Both the position numbers and the translations under genes were made by a program. DNA of 64,000 nucleotides from Planctomycetota bacterium (GTDB lineage: Bacteria > Planctomycetota > UBA1135 > UBA2386), in contig CANMWZ010000001.1 of NCBI GenBank assembly GCA_947501605.1, positions 300,297 to 364,296 of the forward strand, given 5' to 3'. Positions 39,570-48,650 of this stretch are shown piece by piece. Each line of letters starts with the position of its first letter. The first letter of the stretch is position 1. The notes below the pieces were generated by a model. It did no database searches and had not been told where the DNA came from. It saw only the letters and a program-made list of their open reading frames with translations.

Positions 39570-41408
39570 TCAGTTGCCGCCGCTACGGCCGGACGCGGGC
39601 TTGCTCGGTGCGGCGCCGCCGGCTCCACCGCTCGCGTCGCGCCGTGCACGACGTTCGCGCATGGCCTCGAGGTCGAGCAGCAGTTTGACCATCGTGTCGC
39701 CGCGTTGGACTTCGAGCTCCATGGTCTTGGCCTCGTCGCCGAGTTCGCGAGCGGCAGAGAACACCTCGTGCATGGCTTCGAGTTTCTGGCCGTTGGCCTT
39801 GGTCAACACGTCACCGACCTGGAGTCCCATTTTCGCGCCGCGGCCATCAGCCGTGATCTTGGTGAACTTGAAGCCGTCCATCTCGGCGTCGAAGAGCGCT
39901 TCGGCGTAGCTCCCGGCCTGACGACCGCTGCCACCGCGGATGATGCCGCTCCGGTCCAGCATTTCGGGCAGGTTTGCGGTGCCCAGAGCCGCGAGAGCGA
40001 TCACCGTCGCCGTGTGGCGCTGGTACTCCGGCACCGCCACCTCAAAGGTGTCCCACTGCGTGTGCCAACTGTAGGCAAAGTAGTTGGCGCGACCCTTCAA
40101 ACCCCAGTTGAGGCCGGGGACGCCGGCAGAGAGGAAGGAGGCGTGATCACTGCCACCGCCACCGCTGATCGTCGGACTCTTGTTGAGCTCGAACACCGAA
40201 CCAACGTGACTCGGATCCGGCGAGGTGAGCGCGAACACCGGCTGGAACACGCGCAACATCGGCTCGTACATGGTCTCGGCCACCGTCATCGCCCCGGCCC
40301 AGTTGGTGCCACTGTCGTGATTGAACACGGCCGAGACGTGCTCCATCTCGACGCGGTGCATCTTGACGTAGCCGGCACTGCCGAGCAGGCCCTGCTCTTC
40401 GCCGCCCCAGAGGCAGAAGCGAATCGTGCGCACAGGCTTGGCCTTGACGGCCATCAGAATGCGCGCCGACTCCATCGTCGTCGCCGAGCCGGTGCCATTG
40501 TCGGTGCAACCTTGCGCCTGGTGCCAACTGTCGAGGTGCGAGCTGACGACGACCACCTCATCCGGCTTGTCGCTACCAGGAATCTCGGCGATCACGTTGT
40601 AGAGCGGGATGGGCCCCTCGCGGAACGTGTTCTCGATGTCGAAGTTGGCATGCACAGCCTGGGGCTGCTCGAGCAACTTCGCCAACTCGTCGGCTTGGTC
40701 TGGACGAACCGCGATCTGCGGGATCGTCGGCACGCCGGCAAGTGGCAGCATGGCAGTGCGCGAATTGCCGAACACGCGCACCCGCGTCGGGAACTTCTCG
40801 TCCGCATCGCCAGCGCGGTAGACCCAGCCGAGGATGCCGAGCTGCTCACACGCCTCGCGCACATCTGCCGGCGGACGCTTCTTGTAGTAGAGCCACTTGC
40901 TGCCGACGGCTTCGCGGGTTGCGGCCTCGAGACTGTCAGGCGCTTTGACGATCACGCCTTCGCGCGGCCCGTTGGTACCTGCGGTCCACGCCTCGGTGGC
41001 GACGTACAGCTCCATCGGCACAGGGCTGGTGATCCGACCCTTCCACGCGCCGCGGTTCCAGACGAGGTTCCACTCGCCCCACTTCTCCAACTTGACCACC
41101 GGCACGCCCATCGCGTGGAACTCGGTAGCGGCCCACGCACAGGCCTTGGTGAAGTTGTCGCTGCCCGTGAGCCGGTGACCGATCTTGCCGGTCATGTCGC
41201 GCAGGATGCGCGTCGCCTGGGAGTTGTCGATGCCTTGGTGGCGGATCTCGGCGACCGTCGCTTCGTCGAGCACGGCTTCGCGGATCAGGGTCTCTGGTTT
41301 GGCGGTGGACTCTGCTACCGGTGCCTCTGCTACCGGTGCCTGGGCGCCGAGCAGACCATGGAGACAGAGGACGAACGGGAACACGGACGGCGGCAAAAGT
41401 CGGAGCAT
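39570..41408 (-). CDS. Secreted M28-family (carboxypeptidase Q-like) peptidase with C-terminal PDZ domain
   Basis: Signal peptide, GHRLTGS, SHLDSWH, GCTDNGTG, GEEQGLLGS, SDHASF, WHTQWDT. PDZ segment GLQVGDVLTKANG. Confidence 0.92.
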   Translation of the reverse strand: MLRLLPPSVFPFVLCLHGLLGAQAPVAEAPVAESTAKPETLIREAVLDEATVAEIRHQGIDNSQATRILRDMTGKIGHRLTGSDNFTKACAWAATEFHAMGVPVVKLEKWGEWNLVWNRGAWKGRITSPVPMELYVATEAWTAGTNGPREGVIVKAPDSLEAATREAVGSKWLYYKKRPPADVREACEQLGILGWVYRAGDADEKFPTRVRVFGNSRTAMLPLAGVPTIPQIAVRPDQADELAKLLEQPQAVHANFDIENTFREGPIPLYNVIAEIPGSDKPDEVVVVSSHLDSWHQAQGCTDNGTGSATTMESARILMAVKAKPVRTIRFCLWGGEEQGLLGSAGYVKMHRVEMEHVSAVFNHDSGTNWAGAMTVAETMYEPMLRVFQPVFALTSPDPSHVGSVFELNKSPTISGGGGSDHASFLSAGVPGLNWGLKGRANYFAYSWHTQWDTFEVAVPEYQRHTATVIALAALGTANLPEMLDRSGIIRGGSGRQAGSYAEALFDAEMDGFKFTKITADGRGAKMGLQVGDVLTKANGQKLEAMHEVFSAARELGDEAKTMELEVQRGDTMVKLLLDLEAMRERRARRDASGGAGGAAPSKPASGRSGGN

Positions 41409-41475
41409 GGGTACCCGGCGGTTCTTGGTGGAAACCGCACGAATACGGAACGGAGGCGCCGCGTGGTAGTACGGA

Positions 41476-42792
41476 CTAGAGGTACGGCTTCAGCGCCTCG
41501 TACATCTCGAAGTCCGAGGGGCCCAGGTCGAAGCTGGTGAAGCCGCGCCGCAGGTATTCGGCAAAGTAGGCCTGCAACTCGCTCGCCGACCGCGCATTGC
41601 CATTGTCGCCAAACTTGGTCACGAACGGCGTGAAGTGTGGATAGAGCGCATCCGTCCCTTGTTTGCCCCACCAGTCGCCATGCAGCGTGGTGCGAACGAA
41701 GTTGCCGATCAGCAGGTCGTCGAATGCACTCCACTCGACGGCATTGCGCAACGAATTGCGCGGCACTGCGAACGTCACGCCGCGCCGAATGCCCGGTGCG
41801 ATGTCGATGGTGTGATCCTGCCCACCGACCCGAAACGTGACGAAGCCAATGTGCGACTTGAGGTGCTCGAAGCGCCCAAAGTACTCACGCAACAACTCGA
41901 AGTCCCCCGCTTGCATCGGTGCGCTCCAATCGTCGCCGAACGCCTCGGGCGGCGCCGTGATCCCCGCATTGGACTTGGGCTCAATCCGCGTGAAGTCGTC
42001 TCGCGCGAGGTCGTAGCGAATGAAGGCTGGCAGGCATCGAGCAACGTTCGACTCGAACCCTCTGCCATACTCGTCCTCCGGCGTGGCGCACTCGTTGGCC
42101 CACATGCTGTCGGTGCGTTGATAGCGATGTTGGCTCGACGAGGGCAGGTAGTTCTTGATGCCATAGGCGTGCAACACCTCGGCAACCTGTGGCCCGACTG
42201 GCAGATGCTGCATCGCACGCGGCGGAATGCGATCTCCTTGCTCGTCGAAGAAGTTGATCATGTCGGCATCGCCATAGCCGAGCAAACAGGCGAGGAAGGT
42301 CTGCTTGTGGAAGCGCGGCATCTCGCGCATCAAGAAGTGGCGGGCGCCGCGATCACCGGCATCGTTGGCGTCGACGATCAGATTGCCGTCCAGCTCGACG
42401 AGCAGCACGGCGTCCTGGTTGTAGTTGGCGATGCATGCAACCCGCAGGCGTGGCGACAACTGCGTCCACTCGCCGTCCTTCAGCACACGAACGTTGAAGC
42501 CAAGCCCGCGAAGGTCGCTAGCAACGCGCCCGCCGTGGTGGTCAGCGAGCAGGATCTCCTTGTCGCGCAGCGTCTCCAACGACGGCAGGCTCAGGTGGTC
42601 AGGATGACCGTGGCTGATCCACAGGAATTGGCAGTGCGCCACGTTTTGCCGCTGCTCGGCCGGAACTTCGTGCGACAGCATCCACGAACCGAAGTAGGCC
42701 GACCCGAACAACCACGGGTCCGTCGCCAGCACAGGGCCACCATCGTGGAAGATGAGGCAGGCGTTACCGATCGTCTCGAAGCCTAGGTCCAT
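41476..42792 (-). CDS. Metallo-beta-lactamase-fold hydrolase (UlaG / CMP-Neu5Ac hydroxylase-like, no Rieske domain)
   Basis: ATG at 42792. IGNAC, TDPWLFGSAYFGSW, WISHGHPDHL. Confidence 0.85.
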   Translation of the reverse strand: MDLGFETIGNACLIFHDGGPVLATDPWLFGSAYFGSWMLSHEVPAEQRQNVAHCQFLWISHGHPDHLSLPSLETLRDKEILLADHHGGRVASDLRGLGFNVRVLKDGEWTQLSPRLRVACIANYNQDAVLLVELDGNLIVDANDAGDRGARHFLMREMPRFHKQTFLACLLGYGDADMINFFDEQGDRIPPRAMQHLPVGPQVAEVLHAYGIKNYLPSSSQHRYQRTDSMWANECATPEDEYGRGFESNVARCLPAFIRYDLARDDFTRIEPKSNAGITAPPEAFGDDWSAPMQAGDFELLREYFGRFEHLKSHIGFVTFRVGGQDHTIDIAPGIRRGVTFAVPRNSLRNAVEWSAFDDLLIGNFVRTTLHGDWWGKQGTDALYPHFTPFVTKFGDNGNARSASELQAYFAEYLRRGFTSFDLGPSDFEMYEALKPYL

Positions 42793-42986
42793 GCAGGACG
42801 TGTGTATCGGCAGGATCCGGCCGCGGGAATGGTGCGGAGAGCGGGATTGCCAGGTGGCTTGATTCCCCAGCTTCGTGCTGCGCTGCGCCGCGAACGGCAC
42901 GGACCGATCGGACCGGCGACTGGCGCCTCGCGCCAGCAACCCCACGGCGGCGACCGGGCAACGCGCGCGTTCGCCGCCGCGCGGCG

Positions 42987-44081
42987 CTACTTCGCCTTCG
43001 CCAGCGCCAGGACCAACTGTTCGGCAACCGCCGTCGCCGCGTCACCGTCGTGGCCGCGATAGCGAACCTTGCCTTCGGCATCGAGGACCACGATCGTCGG
43101 CCAACCACTGACCGCCCAGTCGGCGGAGATCTCCGGTTTGCCTTCGCGCTTGTTCTGGAAGCTCCGCCAGTTCAGCTGGTTTTCGGCAATCGCCTGCTTC
43201 GCCTTCGCTGGTGTGTCACTGTTGACCCCGATCAGAGCGAACGGCTTGTCCTTCATGCGTTCCACGAGCGACCGCTCGTGCGGGTACAGTTCCCGGCAAG
43301 GACCTCACCAATCGCCCCAGAAGTCGACGAACACGACCTTGCCGCGGTAGTCGCTGAGCTTGAACGCGACGCCGTCGAGATCGGAGCCTTCGATCTCGGG
43401 CGCCGTGACCCCGATCGCGAAGTGCTCCTTCTCCACCAGTGTGGCTTGGATCCTGCTCTGCAAGCGCGGGTCGCCACTCGACGCCGCGGCCTTGGTGAGC
43501 GCTGCCTTGGCGCTCTGGAACTCCGGCGACTTCGCGTCCGCGGTCTCGAGTGTCGGGCCATGCTTGGCGTAGACGACCCAGCCGAGCACCCCGGGATCGA
43601 CCGCGTCGCGTTCGAGCGCGGTCAGAAACTCGGTGGCCTTCCTCGCGCCCGCCAGTTGTGGCAGGTAGGCGAGCGACGGGCTGAGTTCCGCGAGCACCGC
43701 ACTCTTCACGTGGTACTGCCGCAGCAGATCGAGGATCTCGCCGTACTCCGCCTCGCCCTTGCTGGTCCGGAAGGCGAACACGAGCAGCGAACACTGCTCA
43801 TCGCCCACGTAGTCCTTGGCGGCTGCGAGGGTCGTGCTGCGGAGTGCCCCGAAATCGGGCTCCATCGACATCGCCGGAATTGGCGTGCCGCTCGCTGCCG
43901 CCGTCTCGGCGGCCTTCTGGGCTGCGACCGCGGCCTGCCGCCACGCCGCAACGATGCGCTGCTGTTCCTTCTGCAGCTCGACGAGGCGAGTCTTGATGTC
44001 GGGTTTGCTCACGGGGGCGTCTTGCGCCGCAAGCGAACCGAGCAAGACCGCGGCGCCAAGCCATGCGGGGATTGGGTTCAT
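42987..44081 (-). CDS. Secreted TlpA/redoxin-family thiol-disulfide oxidoreductase, selenoprotein (UxxC; UGA at 43305-43307)
   Basis: The two predicted ORFs join in frame: KLSDYRGKVVFVDFWGDW-TGA-GPCRELYPHERSLVERMKDKPFALIGVNSD...WAVSGWPTIVVLDAEGKVRY. TGA sits exactly at the first Cys of the WCxPC motif. 364 aa with signal peptide. Confidence 0.9.
43263..43304 (-). promoter_or_regulatory. Bacterial SECIS-like element
   Basis: Hairpin CACGAGC-GGUC-GCUCGUG with a G-first apical loop beginning 32 nt after the UGA. A smaller CGGG/CCCG hairpin precedes it. Confidence 0.75.
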
Positions 44082-44170
44082 GGTGCCCAGCATCTGGCAT
44101 GCCGACGGCGACAGCAAGCGGGCTGACGGACGGTCGCTATGCTCGACCGCTTCCCACTCGGCGGCGGATC

Positions 44171-47100
44171 GTGCCTCTCTCCAACTTCCACCCCACAATC
44201 CAGCGCTGGTTCGGGCTCGAGCTCGGCAAGCCCTCACCGCCGCAGCGAGAGGGGTGGCCGGCCATCGCCCGCGGCGACCACGTGCTCCTCGCTGCGCCCA
44301 CGGGCTCGGGCAAGACGCTGGCGGCCTTCCTGTGCGCGCTCGACCAGCTGCTCAAGCTTGGCCCAGCGCTCACGACCGCGACACACGTCGTCTACGTCTC
44401 GCCTCTGAAGGCGCTGTCGAACGATGTGCAGAAGAACCTGCAAGCCCCACTCGCAGCCCTGCGGGCGCTCGACCCTTCGCTGCCCGAGCTCTCGGTGCAA
44501 GTGCGGACGGGCGACACTCCGGCACGAGAACGGGCAGCCATGCTGCGCACACCACCGCACATCCTTGTCACCACACCCGAGTCGCTCTACCTCCTGCTGA
44601 CCACGGCGCGCGGACGGCAGCAACTGGCAACCGTCCGCACCCTGATCGTTGACGAGATCCACGCGCTCGCGCGCGACAAGCGCGGCAGCCACTTCGCCCT
44701 GTCGGCCGAACGACTCGACCGGCTCGTGCAGCAGCACGGCGGTCGCCTGCAGCGCATCGGGCTGTCGGCGACGCAGCGCCCCATCGCCGCGACCGCGGCG
44801 TTGCTGTGCGGGACCGACCGAGCCTGCACGATCGTCGATGCCGGACACCGACGCGAGCTCGACTTGGCGCTCGAACTGCCCTCGGCGCCACTGGACACCG
44901 TTTGCTCCACCGAGACGTGGAACGAGATCTTCGCGCGCACCACCGAACTCATCCTGCAACACCGCACGACGCTGGTGTTTGCCAATACGCGCAAGATGAC
45001 CGAGCGCATTGCCGCGCGCCTCGCGGAGCGCCTAGGCAAGGAGCACGTCACCAGTCACCACGGCTCGCTGTCCAAGCAGCGGCGCCTGGATGCGGAGCAA
45101 CGGCTGAAGCGCGGCGAGCTCAAGGCTCTGGTCGCCACGGCTTCGCTCGAACTCGGCATCGACATCGGTGAGGTCGATTTGGTGATTCAGATCGGGCCAA
45201 CGCCATCGATCGCCACGTTCTTGCAGCGCGTCGGCCGGGCGGGTCACGGCCTGCACCGCACACCCAAGGGCCGCATCGTGCCCCTGACGCGCGACGAGCT
45301 CGCCGCGGCGAGTGCGCTGTTGCTCGCCGTGCGCCGTGGCGACCTCGACCGCACTGTGCAACCGGTCGCACCGCTCGACATCCTGGCACAGCAGATCGTC
45401 GCCGTGTGCTGCGACGAGGCGCTCCCTGAAGACGACCTGTTCGCGTTGGTCCGCGGCGCGCACCCGTTCCGCAACCTCGAGCGCGCCCGCTTCGATGCCG
45501 TCCTGGCAATGCACGCGGGTTCGCGCAGCGCCTTGCTGCATCGCGACCCGATCCATCGCATCGTGCGGGCGACCAAACGCGCACGCCTGTGCGCTGTGAC
45601 CTGCGGCGGCGCGATCCCGGATGTCGCCGACTACCGCGTCGTGCTCGATCACGACGACAGCCTCGTGGGCACCGTCAACGAGGACTTCGCCATCGAGTCG
45701 TCGATCGGTGACGTCTTCCAACTCGGCAACACCAGTTGGCAAGTCGTCCGCATCGGCCAAGGCATCTTGCGGGTTCGCGATGCCCACGGCGTACCGCCGA
45801 GCTTGCCGTTCTGGCTCGGCGAGGCCCCGTCGCGCAGCCACGAACTCGCCGCCGCACTCAGTGACGTTCGCACGCACGGCGAGGACTCATCGTGGCTGAT
45901 GCAGCACTGCGGCATCGGCGGCGACGCCGCCGAACAACTGTCGACCTGGCTGCAAGATGGCAAGCGCGCGTTGTCGGCGATGCCCTCGCACGAGTGCCTT
46001 GTGCTCGAGCGGTTCTTCGACGAGTCCGGTGGCCAACAACTGGTGGTGCACTCGCCGTTTGGTGCGCGGCTGAATCGCGCCTTCGGCCTCGCACTGCGCA
46101 AGCGCTTCTGCGTCGGCTTCGGCTTCGAACTGCAGGCCGCCGCCAACGACGAGGCCATCGTTATCTCCCTCGGCCCGGTCCACAGTTTTCCGTTGGCCGA
46201 TGTCTTCTCCTACCTGCATCCGAACTCGGCCCGCGACGTGCTCACGCAAGCACTGCTGCCGGCGCCGATGTTTCAGACCCGCTGGCGCTGGAATGTCACC
46301 CGGTCCTTGTTGGTCGAACGTTGCCGTTCAGGGCAGCGCGTGCCAGCGCCGCTGCTGCGCTTCCGCGCCGACGATGCGCTCGTCGCCGCATTCCCGGCTG
46401 CGCAGGCGTGCCCCGAGACTCTGCCCCCTGGGCCGATCGATGTCCCCCTCGAACATCCGCTGGTCCTGCAGACCATCTCGGACTGCCTTCACGAAGCAAT
46501 GGACGTAGATGGCCTTCTCGGTCTGCTCGAACGGATCCGCCGCGGTGCGATCGGTCTCGTCGCCGTCGACACCAACACGCCGTCGCCATTCGCTCAAGGC
46601 ATCCTGCACGCGATGCCCTATGCGTTTCTCGACGACGCGCCGCTCGAAGAGCGCCGCACCCAAGCCGCCATCACTGCGCAGCGAGGCGCTCGGCCAGCGG
46701 CCGCAGCCGACCACGACCTCGACCCGCACGCTCTGGGGCTGGTCCAAGACGAAGCCTGGCCCGACCCTTGCTCGCCGGAGGAACTGCACGAAGCACTCGG
46801 CTGGATGGGTTGGCTCGAGAACGACGAGCTACGCCCGGAGTGGCGCCCGTTCCTCGAGACGCTGATTGGTGACGGTCGCGCCGTTGCCGAAGGCATGCGC
46901 TGGTTTGCCGCCGGACAGTCGCGCGAAGCCAAGGTCCTCTGGGAGGGGCGCCTGCAAGCTGTGATCCCGGTGTTCGTCGATGAACTAGCCGACGATGACC
47001 GCACGGCGTTGTTGCACCTGGAAAGCGCGGGCTCGGCGATGCGCGCGCGCGCGTTTGGCCGCGAGATCTTCTGCCATCGCCGGCTGCTCGCCCGAGTCCG

Positions 47101-48046
47101 GCGCTACATGCTCGAACGCCTGCGCGCGGCGATCCAGCCAGTCAGCAAAGCCGACTTCGCCGACTTTCTGCGCCGCTGGCAGGGCCAAGAGCAGGAGCCG
47201 GGCAGGCACGGTCCACACGGACTGCGGCTGACGCTGCAGCAACTCGCCGGGCACAGCGCGCCGGTCGAAGCGTGGGACGAGGAGATCCTGCCGCAACGGC
47301 TTTCTGGCTACACCCGCGAGGTGCTCGACCAACTGACGCTCGCCGGCGAGTTCGTCTGGCTCCGTCTGTGGGGCAGCTGGCGCGGTCCACTGAGCAAGGC
47401 GCCGCTGTCGATCGTACCGCGCGAGGATCTGCACCTCTGGCTCGAGCTCCCGCTCGAACCGCCCGACGCGACGGCGCTCGGCTCGCACGCGAGCGCGCTG
47501 CGCGACTTGCTGCAGCAGCGCGGCGCATCGTTTCCAACGGATCTTCGGACCTGGAGTCGCATGCTGCCGAGCCAATTGGAAGACGGCCTCGCCGAGCTCC
47601 TTGGCTGCGGTTTCGCGACCTGCGACTCGTTCGCTGCCGCGCGCCAGTTGGCGGTGCCACCTAGTCGGCGTCGCCTACCGCTGCACACCGTCGGTCGCTT
47701 CCAGCTGATCGAGTGGCCGCCAGCAGCTCGCGCCAGCGACGCCGCCATCGAACATGCCGCGCGATCGATTCTGCGCCGGTTCGGAGTGGTCAGTCAAACT
47801 CTGCTGCAAGAAGAACGCGTGCCGCTGCCGTGGCGTCTCTTGTTGCGCTCCTTCCGTGCGCTCGAGTTGCAGGGCAAGGCGCGCGGCGGCAGGTTTGTGT
47901 CGGGATGGACCGGCGAGCAGTTTGCGGACCTCGAAGCTGTGCCGGCCCTGCGGGAGCAGCGTCGAAGCTCGGAACGCGCCCGCGCGCTCGCCGACCTGCG
48001 ACCAACCGCGCGCCAGTCCACGGCATCATCTGCTGGGGACAGCTGA
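44171..48046 (+). CDS. lhr: Lhr-family ATP-dependent DEAD/H-box helicase
   Basis: APTGSGKT, YVSPLKALSND, RTGDT, TTPESL, DEIH, GLSAT, HHGSLS, LELGIDIG, QRVGRAGH, C-terminal RGGRFVSGWTGEQF. Confidence 0.93.
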   Translation: MPLSNFHPTIQRWFGLELGKPSPPQREGWPAIARGDHVLLAAPTGSGKTLAAFLCALDQLLKLGPALTTATHVVYVSPLKALSNDVQKNLQAPLAALRALDPSLPELSVQVRTGDTPARERAAMLRTPPHILVTTPESLYLLLTTARGRQQLATVRTLIVDEIHALARDKRGSHFALSAERLDRLVQQHGGRLQRIGLSATQRPIAATAALLCGTDRACTIVDAGHRRELDLALELPSAPLDTVCSTETWNEIFARTTELILQHRTTLVFANTRKMTERIAARLAERLGKEHVTSHHGSLSKQRRLDAEQRLKRGELKALVATASLELGIDIGEVDLVIQIGPTPSIATFLQRVGRAGHGLHRTPKGRIVPLTRDELAAASALLLAVRRGDLDRTVQPVAPLDILAQQIVAVCCDEALPEDDLFALVRGAHPFRNLERARFDAVLAMHAGSRSALLHRDPIHRIVRATKRARLCAVTCGGAIPDVADYRVVLDHDDSLVGTVNEDFAIESSIGDVFQLGNTSWQVVRIGQGILRVRDAHGVPPSLPFWLGEAPSRSHELAAALSDVRTHGEDSSWLMQHCGIGGDAAEQLSTWLQDGKRALSAMPSHECLVLERFFDESGGQQLVVHSPFGARLNRAFGLALRKRFCVGFGFELQAAANDEAIVISLGPVHSFPLADVFSYLHPNSARDVLTQALLPAPMFQTRWRWNVTRSLLVERCRSGQRVPAPLLRFRADDALVAAFPAAQACPETLPPGPIDVPLEHPLVLQTISDCLHEAMDVDGLLGLLERIRRGAIGLVAVDTNTPSPFAQGILHAMPYAFLDDAPLEERRTQAAITAQRGARPAAAADHDLDPHALGLVQDEAWPDPCSPEELHEALGWMGWLENDELRPEWRPFLETLIGDGRAVAEGMRWFAAGQSREAKVLWEGRLQAVIPVFVDELADDDRTALLHLESAGSAMRARAFGREIFCHRRLLARVRRYMLERLRAAIQPVSKADFADFLRRWQGQEQEPGRHGPHGLRLTLQQLAGHSAPVEAWDEEILPQRLSGYTREVLDQLTLAGEFVWLRLWGSWRGPLSKAPLSIVPREDLHLWLELPLEPPDATALGSHASALRDLLQQRGASFPTDLRTWSRMLPSQLEDGLAELLGCGFATCDSFAAARQLAVPPSRRRLPLHTVGRFQLIEWPPAARASDAAIEHAARSILRRFGVVSQTLLQEERVPLPWRLLLRSFRALELQGKARGGRFVSGWTGEQFADLEAVPALREQRRSSERARALADLRPTARQSTASSAGDS

Positions 48047-48574
48047 GACCACCTTTGCCCAGTCGATTGCGTCTCCGGCCGCGCGATCGACCTGTCGGTG
48101 CACCAGCAAGCCCTGCGCGTCGAGCACGACGACGCCCCCCTGTTGCCACGGGTCGCCTTGCACCTTGGTCTGACGGTGCCCGGCAAGCAGAGCCCGCAGC
48201 ATGTTGAGGATCGCACCCAATCGCACAACCGTCCAAAGGCCGCGCCGCATCCCTGCCAACGCGAAGGCACGGCGCGTCGGATCACTCAGTACCGGCAAGC
48301 CGTTCGCGTGCTCGCGCGCAAACGACGCGGCCATCAGCGGTGCGCCCGTGCCGACGAAGACGATGCGCGCACCCTTGCCAAGGATGGACGCCGAATGCGA
48401 GCAGACCTCGGCAGCACGTTCGCGACAGAACAGACAGCCGAAGTGACGCACGAACACCACCACCGCGGGACCAACGAACGAACGCAGACTCGTGGCCACG
48501 CCAATGCTGTCGAGGAGTGGAGTGTCGAGCAACGACGCAGTGCCTGCGTCTCCAGCGAGAACCGAGCGAGTCAT
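48026..48574 (-). CDS. Peroxiredoxin-like (AhpC/TSA-2, PRXL2-like) redox protein
   Basis: VVVFVRHFGCLFCRE, SDPTRRAF, GDPWQQGG. Confidence 0.88.
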   Translation of the reverse strand: MTRSVLAGDAGTASLLDTPLLDSIGVATSLRSFVGPAVVVFVRHFGCLFCRERAAEVCSHSASILGKGARIVFVGTGAPLMAASFAREHANGLPVLSDPTRRAFALAGMRRGLWTVVRLGAILNMLRALLAGHRQTKVQGDPWQQGGVVVLDAQGLLVHRQVDRAAGDAIDWAKVVSAVPSR

Positions 48575-48618
48575 CGCTCGACATCATCGCTGCCGCAAGC
48601 GGCCTCGATGCGATGGGC

Positions 48619-48650
48619 AAACAAAAAAACCGTGGCGAAGCACGTCCGTC
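48619..48650 (-). terminator. U-tract 3' end (intrinsic terminator-like) of the candidate ncRNA
   Basis: A long closing helix is immediately followed by GTTTTTTTGTTTG, a rare T-run in this GC-rich DNA. Confidence 0.6.

Noticed and set aside
42987..44081. Reading the split redoxin as a pseudogene or two genes
   Set aside because: The stop is TGA exactly at the catalytic Cys, the frame is preserved, and a SECIS-like hairpin follows. Selenocysteine recoding is the simpler explanation.
48026..48574. Second selenoprotein in the peroxiredoxin-like gene
   Set aside because: The active site is an ordinary CLFC with no in-frame TGA.
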